Assembly: GCA_963708045.1 (NCBI GenBank)
Contig: OY970181.1
Span: 971,042 to 1,035,041 of the forward strand
From: an uncultured bacterium
GTDB lineage: Bacteria; Patescibacteriota; Patescibacteriia; CAIQCM01
DNA length: 64,000 bases
Reading direction: 5' to 3'
Below the pieces are notes generated by a model, which worked only from the letters and a program-made list of their open reading frames with translations, was not told the origin of the DNA and did no database searches. Positions 19,166-29,166 of this stretch are shown one piece after another (position 1 is the stretch's first letter; the number at the start of each line of letters is the position of its first letter). Both the position numbers and the translations under genes were made by a program.

Positions 19166-19405
19166 TCATTTTAATATCGTGACGATACCCCTATTCGCAT
19201 CAACTTCTACGATATCGCCGTCATGTAAAACTTTTGTTTCATTTGTAATTTCTGGCGGCTCTCCAAAGTCGCCAATAACCAATTTATCACCTTCAACTTG
19301 AGCACCGTATCCATTTCGCCGCGCTTCATATTTTATTCTTAATTCATCAATTATAACGTTCCCTAATAAAATAATTTCGTCGTGTAAAAAATGGCATCCA
19401 ATCAA
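19166..19405 (-). pseudogene. decayed fragment of a swivel-domain array paralog
   Basis: The C-terminus ...TKVLHDGDIVEVDANRGIVTILK and the DNA at 19178-19240 match the 3' ends of the array genes (...ATKVLKDGDLVEVDA.NGVVRIIK), but the TxH phosphohistidine motif is absent. Confidence 0.45.
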
Positions 19406-19407
19406 TA

Positions 19408-20152
19408 CTAAAGATATTTAACCCTTTCTGCTTTTTTAGTCGCTGGATTTTCAATTTTATATTCAGAATGGTTCTTACTCCATTTAGAAATGTCTGTCCA
19501 TTTAAGGCCATGGAAGCCAAATTGACCGTCCCATGCAAAATTATCACGACCCTCGGACTCAAAACTAAATTGCTGAGCCAGATCCAACGGGGCAAATTTT
19601 ATATCATAATCTTCAAATAATTTCCGGTAATATACACATATTGCAACATCTTCCGGATTGTATCTTTCAAGTTTCCCCAATCGAGCCAATTCGTTCGTTA
19701 AAGAAAGTAGTTTTTTGCTTCTTAGACTAAATCCCCCATTGCCGACTACTCGTTTACCAACCAACTCGAACCGGAAAATCAAAATTATTAACCGACCAAT
19801 CAGCAACGAGCCACGGCGCTCCAATGTAATCATAATTTAGAAATTCATCAGTCCATGCTCGTGGATTAAGAATAAAACCATCGTGCTGAACTATTAAAAC
19901 ATGTGGAGTATCAACAAATTTGTCTAATTCCCAAATGACGAAACGAGAATATTCCGCTAACGAATTCAGAGGATCGATATTAATAATATTATCGGATTTA
20001 TTCGTCTTTAAAGAAGTTAAAATTTTTACATCAGCAAATTCAAAATCACTTTGGCATATTTCCATTGCCAATCTCAATCTCTTAACATCAACACAATCAA
20101 TTCCCAACAATGTAACCGTTTTTAATTTAATCTTTTCCATTACCAAAAACAA
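19408..20152 (-). pseudogene. hypothetical protein split into two overlapping ORFs (19754-20152 and 19408-19833), probably by a frameshift
   Basis: The upstream ORF ends ...DYIGAPWLVADWSV and the downstream one continues in another frame with VGNGGFSLRSKKL. The 80-nt overlap indicates a frameshift. Confidence 0.35.
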
Positions 20153-20333
20153 TTTTCAATAAAAAATCTTAAAAACAAAAAAATGACCGTCATCCCAGCG
20201 GTAAGCTGGGAACCAGAATAAGTCATCAATACCTTCTATTCCTGCTGGACTTTACCCCGTGATCCGACACGGGGGCAGGAATGACAAAGTACAACAGACA
20301 AAATATTTCTGGCTTAATTTTTCCTCTCCAATG

Positions 20334-20404
20334 CTCCGGGACTTGGATTCGAACCAAGATAACAAGATTCAGAGTCTTGTGTCCTGCCGTTAGACGATCC
20401 CGGA
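20334..20404 (-). tRNA. tRNA-Gln (anticodon CTG)
   Basis: The reverse complement folds as acceptor TCCGGGA/TCCCGGA, anticodon arm CAAGA-CTCTGAA-TCTTG and T-arm CTTGG-TTCGAAT-CCAAG, with U1:A72 and discriminator G as in bacterial tRNA-Gln. Confidence 0.8.
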
Positions 20405-20418
20405 GCGATGAAGACGAA

Positions 20419-22042
20419 CTACTCAACCGCGGCGCCGCCGAATTCGGAAATAAGCGAGTTCGTTAGGGTGTGGTCGTTTGCGAGTTCGGGCGCGATTTCG
20501 GCGCGAACGACAATGTTATCACTGCTATAGAGCGTGGTCAATCCAAGGACAATGCTATTGATATTTTTTGGCGAATTAAGTTTTTCCGCGTGCATTTTAT
20601 ACTGAACGCCAATTATAAGCGCCCCGTCTTCAATCCGAAGCGGCCGAGCAACGCGCAAAAGAAACGGCAGCGACGGATTTTCATCTTCAACTGCCAAGCA
20701 TAGTTCGTCCCAACGCAAAATTACGGTTTCAATCGGAATCGTTAATTGGCGTGTGGCACGTGGCTCGTTGCTCGTGTTCCCGTCCGACGACGTGCTAGGT
20801 GCCACGTGCGACGTGCCGACACTGGCGGGCGACGTGCTACGTGCTACATGCGACGTGCCAGGTTCCGAGGGCGGCGTGAAGCGGCTCGTAGCACGTGGCA
20901 CGTCGCTCGTGGCTTGCGGCGACCAGGGCGACCGAGGTGCATTTTCGGCTGACGACGTGCTACGTGCTACGTGCGACGTGCCAATATCAGCACAATGTTC
21001 AGCCGCAACAATTTCTAAAGGCAACTGAGGAATAGGCGTTGATTTTAATTCATTTCGCGCACCAAGCAACGAACTAATAATACGAACAATATGCGCCGCA
21101 CCAACATTTTTAGGAACAGAATTAGCAGACGCGCTCCCAGTGCCAAACGTCGCGAGCAGAGCTTCGCGAGCGTATTCAATCGCGTCATTAGTAAACTGAA
21201 CAAGATCAACACCGTCTTCCACCAAGCGATTCACGAGCGCAATTGCGTCCCCGCCCCGCCGTTCGCAAAGAGCGTTAAAATACGCCGCAACAAGTTCGGC
21301 ATCGGAGCGAGGCAAAACCAAGGCTGCTTCTTCTAGGCCAATTTTCTTTTCACCGAGTGAGAGAACCTGTTCAAACATACTCTCCGCGTCGCGCAGACAA
21401 CCATCCGAAAGATGGACAATTGCTTCAATAACTTTTTCATCAACGTCAACTTCCTCATTAACGGCGAGCCGCTTTAGTCGTTCAACCATTTCCGGCGCCG
21501 GAATGCGACGAAAATCAAAACGCTGACAACGAGAAATAATCGTCGCCGGAACTTTATGCGATTCGGTCGTGCACATTATAAAAATGACATAGGCCGGCGG
21601 CTCTTCCAAAGTTTTAAGAAGCGCATTCCAAGCGGAGATGGAAAGCATATGCACTTCGTCAATGATAAAAATTTTAAACCGGCGCGAGGTCGGCGCAAAG
21701 CGAACGTGTTCAATAACATTCTCGCGCACGTTGTCCACGCCAGTATTGGAAGCGGCGTCTATTTCTATCACATCAAGCGAACGTCCGTCGGTCTGTTCGC
21801 GACAAGAATCGCATTTTCCGCACGGCTCGCTTGTCCCCTTTTTCTCGAGTAAGGCAATTTAACGCCTTGGCAAAAATTCGCGCCGTCGTGGTTTTGCCGA
21901 CGCCGCGCGGTCCGGTAAGCAAATAAGCGTGAGCAACCGAGTTACTCGCGAGTTCATTTTCTAAAGTTGTTTTAATGTGATTTTGTCCGGTAATGTCAGA
22001 AAATTTCTGCGGACGATATTTCCGGTATAAAGCAAAGCCCAT
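20419..22042 (-). CDS. dnaX: DNA polymerase III subunit gamma/tau, interrupted by a frameshift at about 21835-21843 and carrying a repeat-rich low-complexity insert
   Basis: The 21773-22042 ORF gives the N-terminus with Walker A GPRGVGKTT. The adjacent frame reads PCGKCDSCREQTDGRSLDVIEIDAAS and continues into 20419-21771 (DEVHMLS, sensor). The frame switch lies in an A5G4 run. An internal GTSHVARSTS triple repeat is encoded by acgtgcgacgtgcc-type DNA repeats. Confidence 0.8.
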
Positions 22043-22059
22043 TTTTTAGAGGTTAGGGT

Positions 22060-22551
22060 TTAGGGTTTAGAGTTTAGTTCAATTTGTCCACGGTCGGTTT
22101 TAAGTACCCACATTCCCAAAATGAAAAGCAGGGTTGAGGTAAAAGCCGAAAACATGCACCAAGAGCAAATAGCGTGGATTACAAAGAGCATCAAGTAGAC
22201 AAACCAAAGAGAAAAAACAAAACCAGCCGTCGTAAAAATCGCGATGTATTTTAAAATATAATGTTTTTTGGTTTGAAAATAATAAACCAGTCCGAGAATT
22301 ACAGCGAGATAATATAACGCCCCAAAAAGCGCGACCGGCACGCCAAAAAATACCGAGTATGGACTCGTCGTGACCGTGGCGCAACCGTGTGCGATCGTGC
22401 ACGGCGGCACGCGATTTAAAATATGCTCCGCCGTAAGATAGCTCGCGTCGGCAAAACCAAACGGCGCGACGGCCAAAAGCGCGATCGCGAGACGCGAGAA
22501 TTTTTTACTAATTGGCAAGGGCGGCGTCAATTGTTCGTTTGAATTCGTCAT
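22060..22551 (-). CDS. vitamin K epoxide reductase (VKOR) family membrane protein
   Basis: Polytopic membrane protein with a loop Cys pair (PPCTIAHGC) and an in-helix CxxC (ICSWCM). It overlaps the DsbA-like gene. Confidence 0.6.
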   Translation of the reverse strand: MTNSNEQLTPPLPISKKFSRLAIALLAVAPFGFADASYLTAEHILNRVPPCTIAHGCATVTTSPYSVFFGVPVALFGALYYLAVILGLVYYFQTKKHYILKYIAIFTTAGFVFSLWFVYLMLFVIHAICSWCMFSAFTSTLLFILGMWVLKTDRGQIELNSKP

Positions 22552-23164
22552 AAGCAGTAAGTTGAATTTGCTTTCCGTTTAAAAACAAAGTGGGAGTTGA
22601 ATTAACGCCTGATTTTATACCGCTTTGGTAGTCGGTGTCAACCTTGGCCTTAACCGTTTCCGATTTCTCGTCAACGTGAAATTGATCCAAATTTAAACCC
22701 AGGGCGCCAGCGTATGAATCCAGGGTTTTTCTAAAGGTAACCGCGTCTTCGCTTGACCAAACGGTTTGGTTCACAAAAATCAAATCCGACATTTCAAAAA
22801 ATTTTCCCTGAAGACCAGCGGCGCCGGCGGCATAAGCCGCGGCCGGACCATTAACGTGGCCGGGGATGGGAAAATTTCTATAAACAAAACGAACGCGATC
22901 TTTGTATTCGTTTTCAATCTTCTTTAGAACCTCATTGTAAAAAATCGCACAACCCGGGCACTGAAAATCAGCATACTCAACAATCGTTACTTTGGCATCG
23001 CTTTTTCCAAGAACATGGTCTGAAGCAGTAATTTCGTTTACACTCGGTGCATTAATGTTTTGCGGTGAACCCTGTTTCACGATCCAATACATACCGCCAG
23101 CAACCAAAATAAGGGCGCCGACTACCGACCCCCAAAGCACTATTGAATAACCACTCTTTGACAT
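22508..23164 (-). CDS. DsbA-like thiol:disulfide oxidoreductase
   Basis: N-terminal TM anchor and a thioredoxin-fold active site FQCPGCAIF. Confidence 0.75.
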   Translation of the reverse strand: MSKSGYSIVLWGSVVGALILVAGGMYWIVKQGSPQNINAPSVNEITASDHVLGKSDAKVTIVEYADFQCPGCAIFYNEVLKKIENEYKDRVRFVYRNFPIPGHVNGPAAAYAAGAAGLQGKFFEMSDLIFVNQTVWSSEDAVTFRKTLDSYAGALGLNLDQFHVDEKSETVKAKVDTDYQSGIKSGVNSTPTLFLNGKQIQLTAYDEFKRTIDAALAN

Positions 23165-23260
23165 AATCTTATCATTAATATTGAAACCTTTAAGCCATAA
23201 CCATTGTGTCTTAACACCGCGGTAACAGCATACACTGCGCGACCTAATTATCGCAACCTG

Positions 23261-23941
23261 TTATTTATTTTTTGCGAGACATTTTTTGAGTTCCGTTGTT
23301 TCTGTCCAACCACACTCTCCATCGCTTTGTCTTTCGCATTTCGCATTTTTATAACAAGCGTATTTGGCAAGATACTCGCAAGTTGTAACTACCTCTTTGT
23401 CTGAACAAACCTGGCCACTGCAACCGCTTGGACGACAAGCGGCGGCAAGCGGGCCGGCAAAACGAATCGGTACATCAACCTCTTCGTCACGCATTGGATC
23501 ACCCGAGGGATTGTCTTTTTTTAAAATCAGCATGCCCGTAGGTGTCGTTGGTGTTTTAAACTTAAGCTCGGCGGTAAAAGGTACAAACTTATTCGTCATC
23601 CAGTCTTCCAAAGCGTCAGCATGCCCGACCGCAAGAATGTTGCCGTTATCGTCCTCAATTCGGATAGGAAACGACGCTTCAAAATACCAACCCGCCGCTG
23701 AACCCGAAAGCATAAGCGGACTTGAAACTTCAGCTCCAAAAATAGGCGTCACTAAACGCAAATGTGGCGAAAGCAATTCACCAATTGGCGCATTCGTATT
23801 TTCATTCGGCAAATTTGCGTTAATCGTATTGGTGTTAATTTTTAATGGATCTTGTTTTTCTTTTATAAGAAAACACCCAGCAACCGCAATCACAATTACC
23901 GTCAAAATAATGACCAAGATTGGTAAATAATTTTTTTTCAT
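23261..23941 (-). CDS. secreted Cys-rich hypothetical protein
   Basis: Signal/TM N-terminus and a C-terminal cluster of nine Cys (CRPSGCSGQVCSDKEVVTTCEYLAKYACYKNAKCERQSDGEC). Confidence 0.45.
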   Translation of the reverse strand: MKKNYLPILVIILTVIVIAVAGCFLIKEKQDPLKINTNTINANLPNENTNAPIGELLSPHLRLVTPIFGAEVSSPLMLSGSAAGWYFEASFPIRIEDDNGNILAVGHADALEDWMTNKFVPFTAELKFKTPTTPTGMLILKKDNPSGDPMRDEEVDVPIRFAGPLAAACRPSGCSGQVCSDKEVVTTCEYLAKYACYKNAKCERQSDGECGWTETTELKKCLAKNK

Positions 23942-23984
23942 TGAAATTTTTTATTAGGCATTATATATAAAACCGACAAAGGAT

Positions 23985-24701
23985 CTACCGCGAAGCTAAA
24001 TATGTAACAACGGCCGCCGCGGTTTCGGCACGCAAGACAAGGCGACCAAGCGAAACAACGCGACAACCAGCGGCGACGCCAGCGGCAAGTTCGTCGTCAG
24101 ACCAACCCCCTTCGGGACCAATCCAAACGCCGATCATTTTCTTTTTATCGTCTTCGGTTTCGTGATAATCTTTTAGGGCTTTAATAAAATCTTCTCCCGA
24201 CGGATCAAAAAACCAATTAACCGCGTTTTCCGACGCCTTGGCGAGCGCCTCGCTAAGTTCGGTGATTTTTTTTGCACGCGCGACAAAAGCATTTCCCGAC
24301 TGCTCGGCAGCTTCGCGAATAATACTTTCTAAGCGCTCCAATTTAATGCCGGTTTTAACCGTTCGTTCGGTGAGGAGTGGAATAATTTCGGCCGCACCGC
24401 ATTCAACCCCTTTTTCTGCCGCCCATTCAAAATTTTTCTTTTTGAGCACAGCACAATAAAGTGCAACTCGGCTTTCACTCATAACATTTTCTCGCCCCAC
24501 TACCTTTACATAACAAGAAGCATCATCGCGAGAAATTATTTCAACCAGCGAATCATTACCTTTGCCATCGGAAAAAATCATTTGTTCGCCGGGGCGCAAT
24601 TTTAAAACGCGATAAATTTGGTGAACCAGCTCCGGATCGGTAAGCACCGCCCGATTGCCTAAAAGCGGAAAACCATTAACAAAACGATGAATTTTTTTCA
24701 T
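23985..24701 (-). CDS. rsmE: 16S rRNA (uracil1498-N3)-methyltransferase RsmE
   Basis: PUA-like N-terminus (HRFVNGFPLLGNRAVLTDPELVHQIYRVLKLRPGEQ) and a SPOUT C-terminus (GPEGGWSDDELAAG). Confidence 0.75.
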   Translation of the reverse strand: MKKIHRFVNGFPLLGNRAVLTDPELVHQIYRVLKLRPGEQMIFSDGKGNDSLVEIISRDDASCYVKVVGRENVMSESRVALYCAVLKKKNFEWAAEKGVECGAAEIIPLLTERTVKTGIKLERLESIIREAAEQSGNAFVARAKKITELSEALAKASENAVNWFFDPSGEDFIKALKDYHETEDDKKKMIGVWIGPEGGWSDDELAAGVAAGCRVVSLGRLVLRAETAAAVVTYLASR

Positions 24702-26521
24702 AGGTTATTTAATTTTCTTGCCTTAAACATCCTAGCAGAATTTAGGATAGGAAGAAAATCGGTCGCAAAATTATAAAAGGCTGCGCCGATAATTCCGATC
24801 GCGCCCGTGAGCACCAGAACAAAGCCAATTAGGTTAGAAATAGACCAGATCGTAACATCGGCTTTAATCACATTTATGGAACGCCGCGCCAAAACAACAA
24901 GCTCCGGCAAACGTCCAAGATCATCAACCAAAATAACCGCGTCGGCGGCTTCGGCGGCCGCCGCCGTCCCCGACCCGATCGCAATACCAACATCGGCACG
25001 TGCGAGCGCGGCGGCGTCGTTAATACCATCCCCCACCATAATCACCAACCCTGCTTGAAGCAATTTTTCTAATTCACGAACTTTATCTTCGGGCTTCATT
25101 AATGAATGATACTCATCAATACCAAGCGCCCGAGCAACACTGGCGGCGACTTCTTCGCGATCACCCGTAAACATCACGATTTTTTTAAAACCAAGCTTTT
25201 TCATCCGCAACAGAGCCGCGCCAGCTTCCGGTCGCGGCAAATCAGAAACGCCAAATCGCCCCGTATACTCGTTTTCAAACGAAACCCAAACGCCAAAATT
25301 TGCCGCATCATTTTTTGGTAAATTTTTTATGCCTTGACTCTTTAAAAATTCATAAGTGCCGACCAAGATTTTTCTTTTTTTCACTACCGCCGCAACACCA
25401 GCACCAATGACCGTTTCGTAACTTTCCGGATCGGGAATATTTTGTATCTTTTTTGCCGCATAACGAAACACGGCGCGGCCGTCCGGATGTTCGGAAAATT
25501 TTTCCGCCGCGCCGACGGTTTTAAAAAAATCTTCATCGCGAACGCCGGCGGCGATTTCAACCCTGTTAACGGCGATATTACCAAACGTCAATGTTCCAGT
25601 TTTGTCCAATATTAAGACGCGTGACGTAGCGATCTTTGCCAAACGTTCGCCGCCTTTCACAATCACACCGCGGCGCGCCGCGGCGCCCAGCGCCGCCGTT
25701 ACCGCAAGCGGCACAGCAACACTCATATCGTCAGCGCAGGCAACAAGAAACAACGACGCCGTCATTACTAGATTTTTAGTAACAAGAAAAACAACAATGC
25801 CAAAAATAATCACGACTGGTAAAAAAACCCCGGCAAATTTGTCGGCTAATTTTTCCGGTTCGGACTTATTCGCCGCCGCCGCCTCGGCTAAACGAAGCAG
25901 TTGCGAAACCGTAGAATTATCGCCGACGTTCACGGCGCGAATCTTAAGCGCGCCAGACGTAACGATAGTTCCAGAAAGAATTTGTTCGCCGACGCTTTTA
26001 AAAACCGGCACCGATTCGCCGGTTAAAGGCGATTCGTCAACGTAAGTCGTACCAAAAATAACCACCCCATCTACTGGTACGCGGTCACCTTCCGAGACGA
26101 CAACAATATCCCCCTTTTTAACTTGCTCAGCCGGAATTGTTTTAATGACGCCATCGCTTTCTACTTCGGCACTGGTCGGTTTTAAAGCCAGCAGCGCGCG
26201 CATAGAACGTTCAGTGCGATTGGTCGTAAAATAATCAAGTAATCGCGCCGACGCAAGCATTAAGCAAATAAAACCCGCGGAACGTGCATCGGTCATTATA
26301 AAAGCGACAATTAAAGCGAACGAGTTAAAGACGTCAATGGTAATCTTTCGCTTTCTTAAACCGTATCCGCTGGCGAGCAAGGTCGGCAAAGCAGCCAAGA
26401 CGGTGACGACATAAAGCAAAACATCATTTTCAAAAAAATATCCAACCACAAAACCAAGAACAAGAAAAACAACAAGCAAATAATCGCGGGTCGGCATTTT
26501 AAAAAAAGTATTTTTGGACAT
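24698..26521 (-). CDS. cation-transporting P-type ATPase
   Basis: TGES (TGESVPV), phosphorylation site DKTGTLT, hinge GDGINDAAALA, and several TM segments. Confidence 0.85.
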   Translation of the reverse strand: MSKNTFFKMPTRDYLLVVFLVLGFVVGYFFENDVLLYVVTVLAALPTLLASGYGLRKRKITIDVFNSFALIVAFIMTDARSAGFICLMLASARLLDYFTTNRTERSMRALLALKPTSAEVESDGVIKTIPAEQVKKGDIVVVSEGDRVPVDGVVIFGTTYVDESPLTGESVPVFKSVGEQILSGTIVTSGALKIRAVNVGDNSTVSQLLRLAEAAAANKSEPEKLADKFAGVFLPVVIIFGIVVFLVTKNLVMTASLFLVACADDMSVAVPLAVTAALGAAARRGVIVKGGERLAKIATSRVLILDKTGTLTFGNIAVNRVEIAAGVRDEDFFKTVGAAEKFSEHPDGRAVFRYAAKKIQNIPDPESYETVIGAGVAAVVKKRKILVGTYEFLKSQGIKNLPKNDAANFGVWVSFENEYTGRFGVSDLPRPEAGAALLRMKKLGFKKIVMFTGDREEVAASVARALGIDEYHSLMKPEDKVRELEKLLQAGLVIMVGDGINDAAALARADVGIAIGSGTAAAAEAADAVILVDDLGRLPELVVLARRSINVIKADVTIWSISNLIGFVLVLTGAIGIIGAAFYNFATDFLPILNSARMFKARKLNNL

Positions 26522-27271
26522 TTATTTTTCTTTAAAAAATTTAACCGCGAGCTTGCTAATCGGCGGCAGTAGACCGACAAAAAGCCCAAAATGACCGCCA
26601 TAGCGCAGAGGTAAAAAACCCGCACCAATCTTTTTTGCAAATTCGGCTGTCGGAGCAAAAGGCACGACTTGATCGTCTTTGGCATGAACAATAAATATTT
26701 TCTTGCCATCAAACGGCCTTTTATCTATTGCTGGATTCATAAACCGGCCGGACATTAATTTTTTCCAATCTTCGGGACGAACGCGATAAACCGAGCCAAA
26801 AGCTTTTTCCACAAATTTAGCAAGGGCATGAAGCGGTTCTTTTTTACTCTCCGCGCGCCAATCAACAACCGGCGACAGGGCGAAAACTTTTTTTACGCGC
26901 CGATCACGACTTCCTAAAAGTGCCGTGCAACCGCCAAAACTGGAAGCAAAAAGATAAACCTTTGGATTTTTAATCTTAAACTTTTTGTTTCCCCAAAGTT
27001 CGGTAAAACCGGAAGATAGACCATTGATAACGTCAAGCAAATCTTTTTCCGGCGACTCGCGCAAAAACATTCCCCCGCTTTCCCAAGTACCACGATAACG
27101 AAAATGAAATACCCAATAATCGCGTTTGCTCCAAAATTCCAAGATCGGTTTTTTTGCTGGCACGCTCGGGAGCCCATCACAAAGAATCACCACCTTGTTT
27201 GACGGGTGACGTGGTGGCAAAAACTCGGCGAGAATTTCTTTTTTAAAACGCGTGCGAAAAGTGTACGCCAT
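26522..27271 (-). CDS. alpha/beta-hydrolase fold protein
   Basis: Nucleophile-elbow-like FASSFGG and a length typical of the fold. Confidence 0.55.
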   Translation of the reverse strand: MAYTFRTRFKKEILAEFLPPRHPSNKVVILCDGLPSVPAKKPILEFWSKRDYWVFHFRYRGTWESGGMFLRESPEKDLLDVINGLSSGFTELWGNKKFKIKNPKVYLFASSFGGCTALLGSRDRRVKKVFALSPVVDWRAESKKEPLHALAKFVEKAFGSVYRVRPEDWKKLMSGRFMNPAIDKRPFDGKKIFIVHAKDDQVVPFAPTAEFAKKIGAGFLPLRYGGHFGLFVGLLPPISKLAVKFFKEK

Positions 27272-27273
27272 AA

Positions 27274-28557
27274 TTATTTACGCAAAGCAATCATCAGGTC
27301 GGAGATATTTATTTCTGTTACTCCAGTCAAGATTTGGCTTTTCGTCATTTTCATAAATGGGAAAGAATCGTTGTTGGCCAAATACGCGCCAACATCCAAT
27401 TTAAGACGTTCGGCAGCTTGTTTTGTTTTAAGGTCGCCAATGGCGCCGGCGGCCGGACTATTGTCTTGACCGTCCGAAGCGCAAGAAACAACGACCGTTC
27501 CGTCAATAATATGATTAAGTGATCCAAGAGCAAGCTCTTGGTTGCGTCCACCCTTTCCGTGTCCGGCAACTGTGACCGTTGTTTCGCCGCCGGCTATAAC
27601 TGCTTCGCCATTGTCCGGCATCGTAGCAAGTCTACCCCCAACCGAACGCGCCTCGCCTTCCAAAGAAGAAGAGAGCAAACGAACTTTATATCCCAAGCGC
27701 TTTGCTTCTTTTTTCATCGTCTCCAAAGCCAGACTGTTTGCCACGACAAGCACGTTGTGGACGTGCTTAAAGAAAATCGGATCTTTTGGCGTTTCTGTAA
27801 GATTGCACGTGGGTAAGGAGCAAGTTTTAATAATGTCGTATTTTGCAAGAACGCGTGCGGCGTCTTTTATCGTCGTCGTGTCCATTACCGTCGGACCGGA
27901 AGCAACAACGCTAATGTCGTCGCCCGGAACATCGGAAAAAATCAAACCAAGCACGGTCGCGGGATAAGCCAATCGGGCAAATTGACCGCCGAGAATTTCC
28001 GACAAGTGTTTGCGCACGACATTTTCTTCGCGAATTTCCGCGCCTGAGCGCATTAGTGTTTCGGTGATAAACGCGAGTTCGTCGCATTTTACGCCAGAAG
28101 GACGACACAAAAGTGCCGAGCCGCCGCCCGAAACAATCGCAATGACCAAATCTTTTGATTCGGCTTTTTTGATTATTTCCACGATCTCGCCCGTCGCGCT
28201 AATATTTTGTTCGCTCGGTAAAGGGTGTGTGCCGATTAGCGTTTTTATTTTTTTTAATTTGCCTCCGGCAACACTCAAAACGATCCCGCCAGTCAGCCGA
28301 GAACCAAGAATTTTTTCTAACTCTCCTGCCGCGGCATGCGCCGCTTTGCCAAAACCAATTACGTAAATATTTTTAAATTTAGAAAGATTGTACTTGCGCG
28401 AGCCGGCAAAAAGAATATTCTTTTTTATTTTTATTTTGGTACGAATTGCGAGGTCGGTACGAACGGCGATAAGTCCGGCTTCCAAAATCTTTAGGGCGTC
28501 GCGGCGTGCCGGAGTTTTTGCAAGCGCGTCAAAATTTTTAATGAGGTGTTTAGGCAT
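27274..28557 (-). CDS. glycerate 2-kinase-like protein (MOFRL family)
   Basis: N-terminal DUF4147-like YVIGFGKAAHAAA block and C-terminal MOFRL-like GGETTVTVAGHGKGGRNQELAL. Confidence 0.7.
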   Translation of the reverse strand: MPKHLIKNFDALAKTPARRDALKILEAGLIAVRTDLAIRTKIKIKKNILFAGSRKYNLSKFKNIYVIGFGKAAHAAAGELEKILGSRLTGGIVLSVAGGKLKKIKTLIGTHPLPSEQNISATGEIVEIIKKAESKDLVIAIVSGGGSALLCRPSGVKCDELAFITETLMRSGAEIREENVVRKHLSEILGGQFARLAYPATVLGLIFSDVPGDDISVVASGPTVMDTTTIKDAARVLAKYDIIKTCSLPTCNLTETPKDPIFFKHVHNVLVVANSLALETMKKEAKRLGYKVRLLSSSLEGEARSVGGRLATMPDNGEAVIAGGETTVTVAGHGKGGRNQELALGSLNHIIDGTVVVSCASDGQDNSPAAGAIGDLKTKQAAERLKLDVGAYLANNDSFPFMKMTKSQILTGVTEINISDLMIALRK

Positions 28558-28569
28558 AGTAAATATATT

Positions 28570-29070
28570 TTACCTTTTTTTTACAATTTTGTCGCTTGAA
28601 TTCATCTTGAGTCCGTACGCCACGATACCAAAAGCAACCGCGACGTTTAACGACTCTTTTTTGCCAAACATTGGGATCTCCAAAATCTTCTCCGCGCGGG
28701 CGAGGACCGACGGCGAAACGCCCTTTATCTCGTTTCCCATAACTAAAACCGTATTATCGAGCTCAGCTTTTGACAAAGCAAGCCGATTATACGGAATTGA
28801 ACGTTTGCTCTGCTCAACGGCAAAAATCTTTTTCCCTTCCTTGCGTAACTTATCCAAAAGCCGGGCCGTTTGCCCGCCCTTTTCCCAAGCAACGGTCTTT
28901 TCCGCACCAAGTGCCGTTTTTATAAGCGCACTGATTGGTAAACCATATTCGTCAAACGGCGTCGGCGTATAGCCGCAAAGATAAATTTTTTCTACGCGGG
29001 CGGCATCGGCAGTTCTAAAAATAGAACCGACATTATGCGCGCTTCGCACGTTATGAAGGACGACGATCAT
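28570..29070 (-). CDS. SpoU/TrmH-family RNA 2'-O-methyltransferase
   Basis: MIVVLHNVRSAHNVGSIFRTADAA, a SPOUT knot region and LVMGNEIKGVS. Confidence 0.75.
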   Translation of the reverse strand: MIVVLHNVRSAHNVGSIFRTADAARVEKIYLCGYTPTPFDEYGLPISALIKTALGAEKTVAWEKGGQTARLLDKLRKEGKKIFAVEQSKRSIPYNRLALSKAELDNTVLVMGNEIKGVSPSVLARAEKILEIPMFGKKESLNVAVAFGIVAYGLKMNSSDKIVKKR

Positions 29071-29166
29071 ACAAAAATAATACTACACACGATTGTCTTA
29101 AAACAAAAATCCCCGCGAAAACGTAAGGATTTTTGTTGTTTTTTAAAAGAATGTTATTATCCGTTT

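Noticed and set aside
20185-20290. Hairpin-rich segment next to tRNA-Gln (cccagcggtaagctggg; ttcctgc...cccgtgatccgacacggg...gcaggaa), considered as a possible second tRNA or ncRNA
   Set aside because: No cloverleaf, no T-loop GTTCRA and no anticodon stem could be fitted on either strand. It may still be a structured leader or terminator, but there is not enough evidence.
22043-22078. Telomere-like ttagggtttagggtttagagtttag run between dnaX and the VKOR gene
   Set aside because: Only about 3.5 units in a short spacer. Most likely chance low-complexity or a minor slippage repeat with no evident function.
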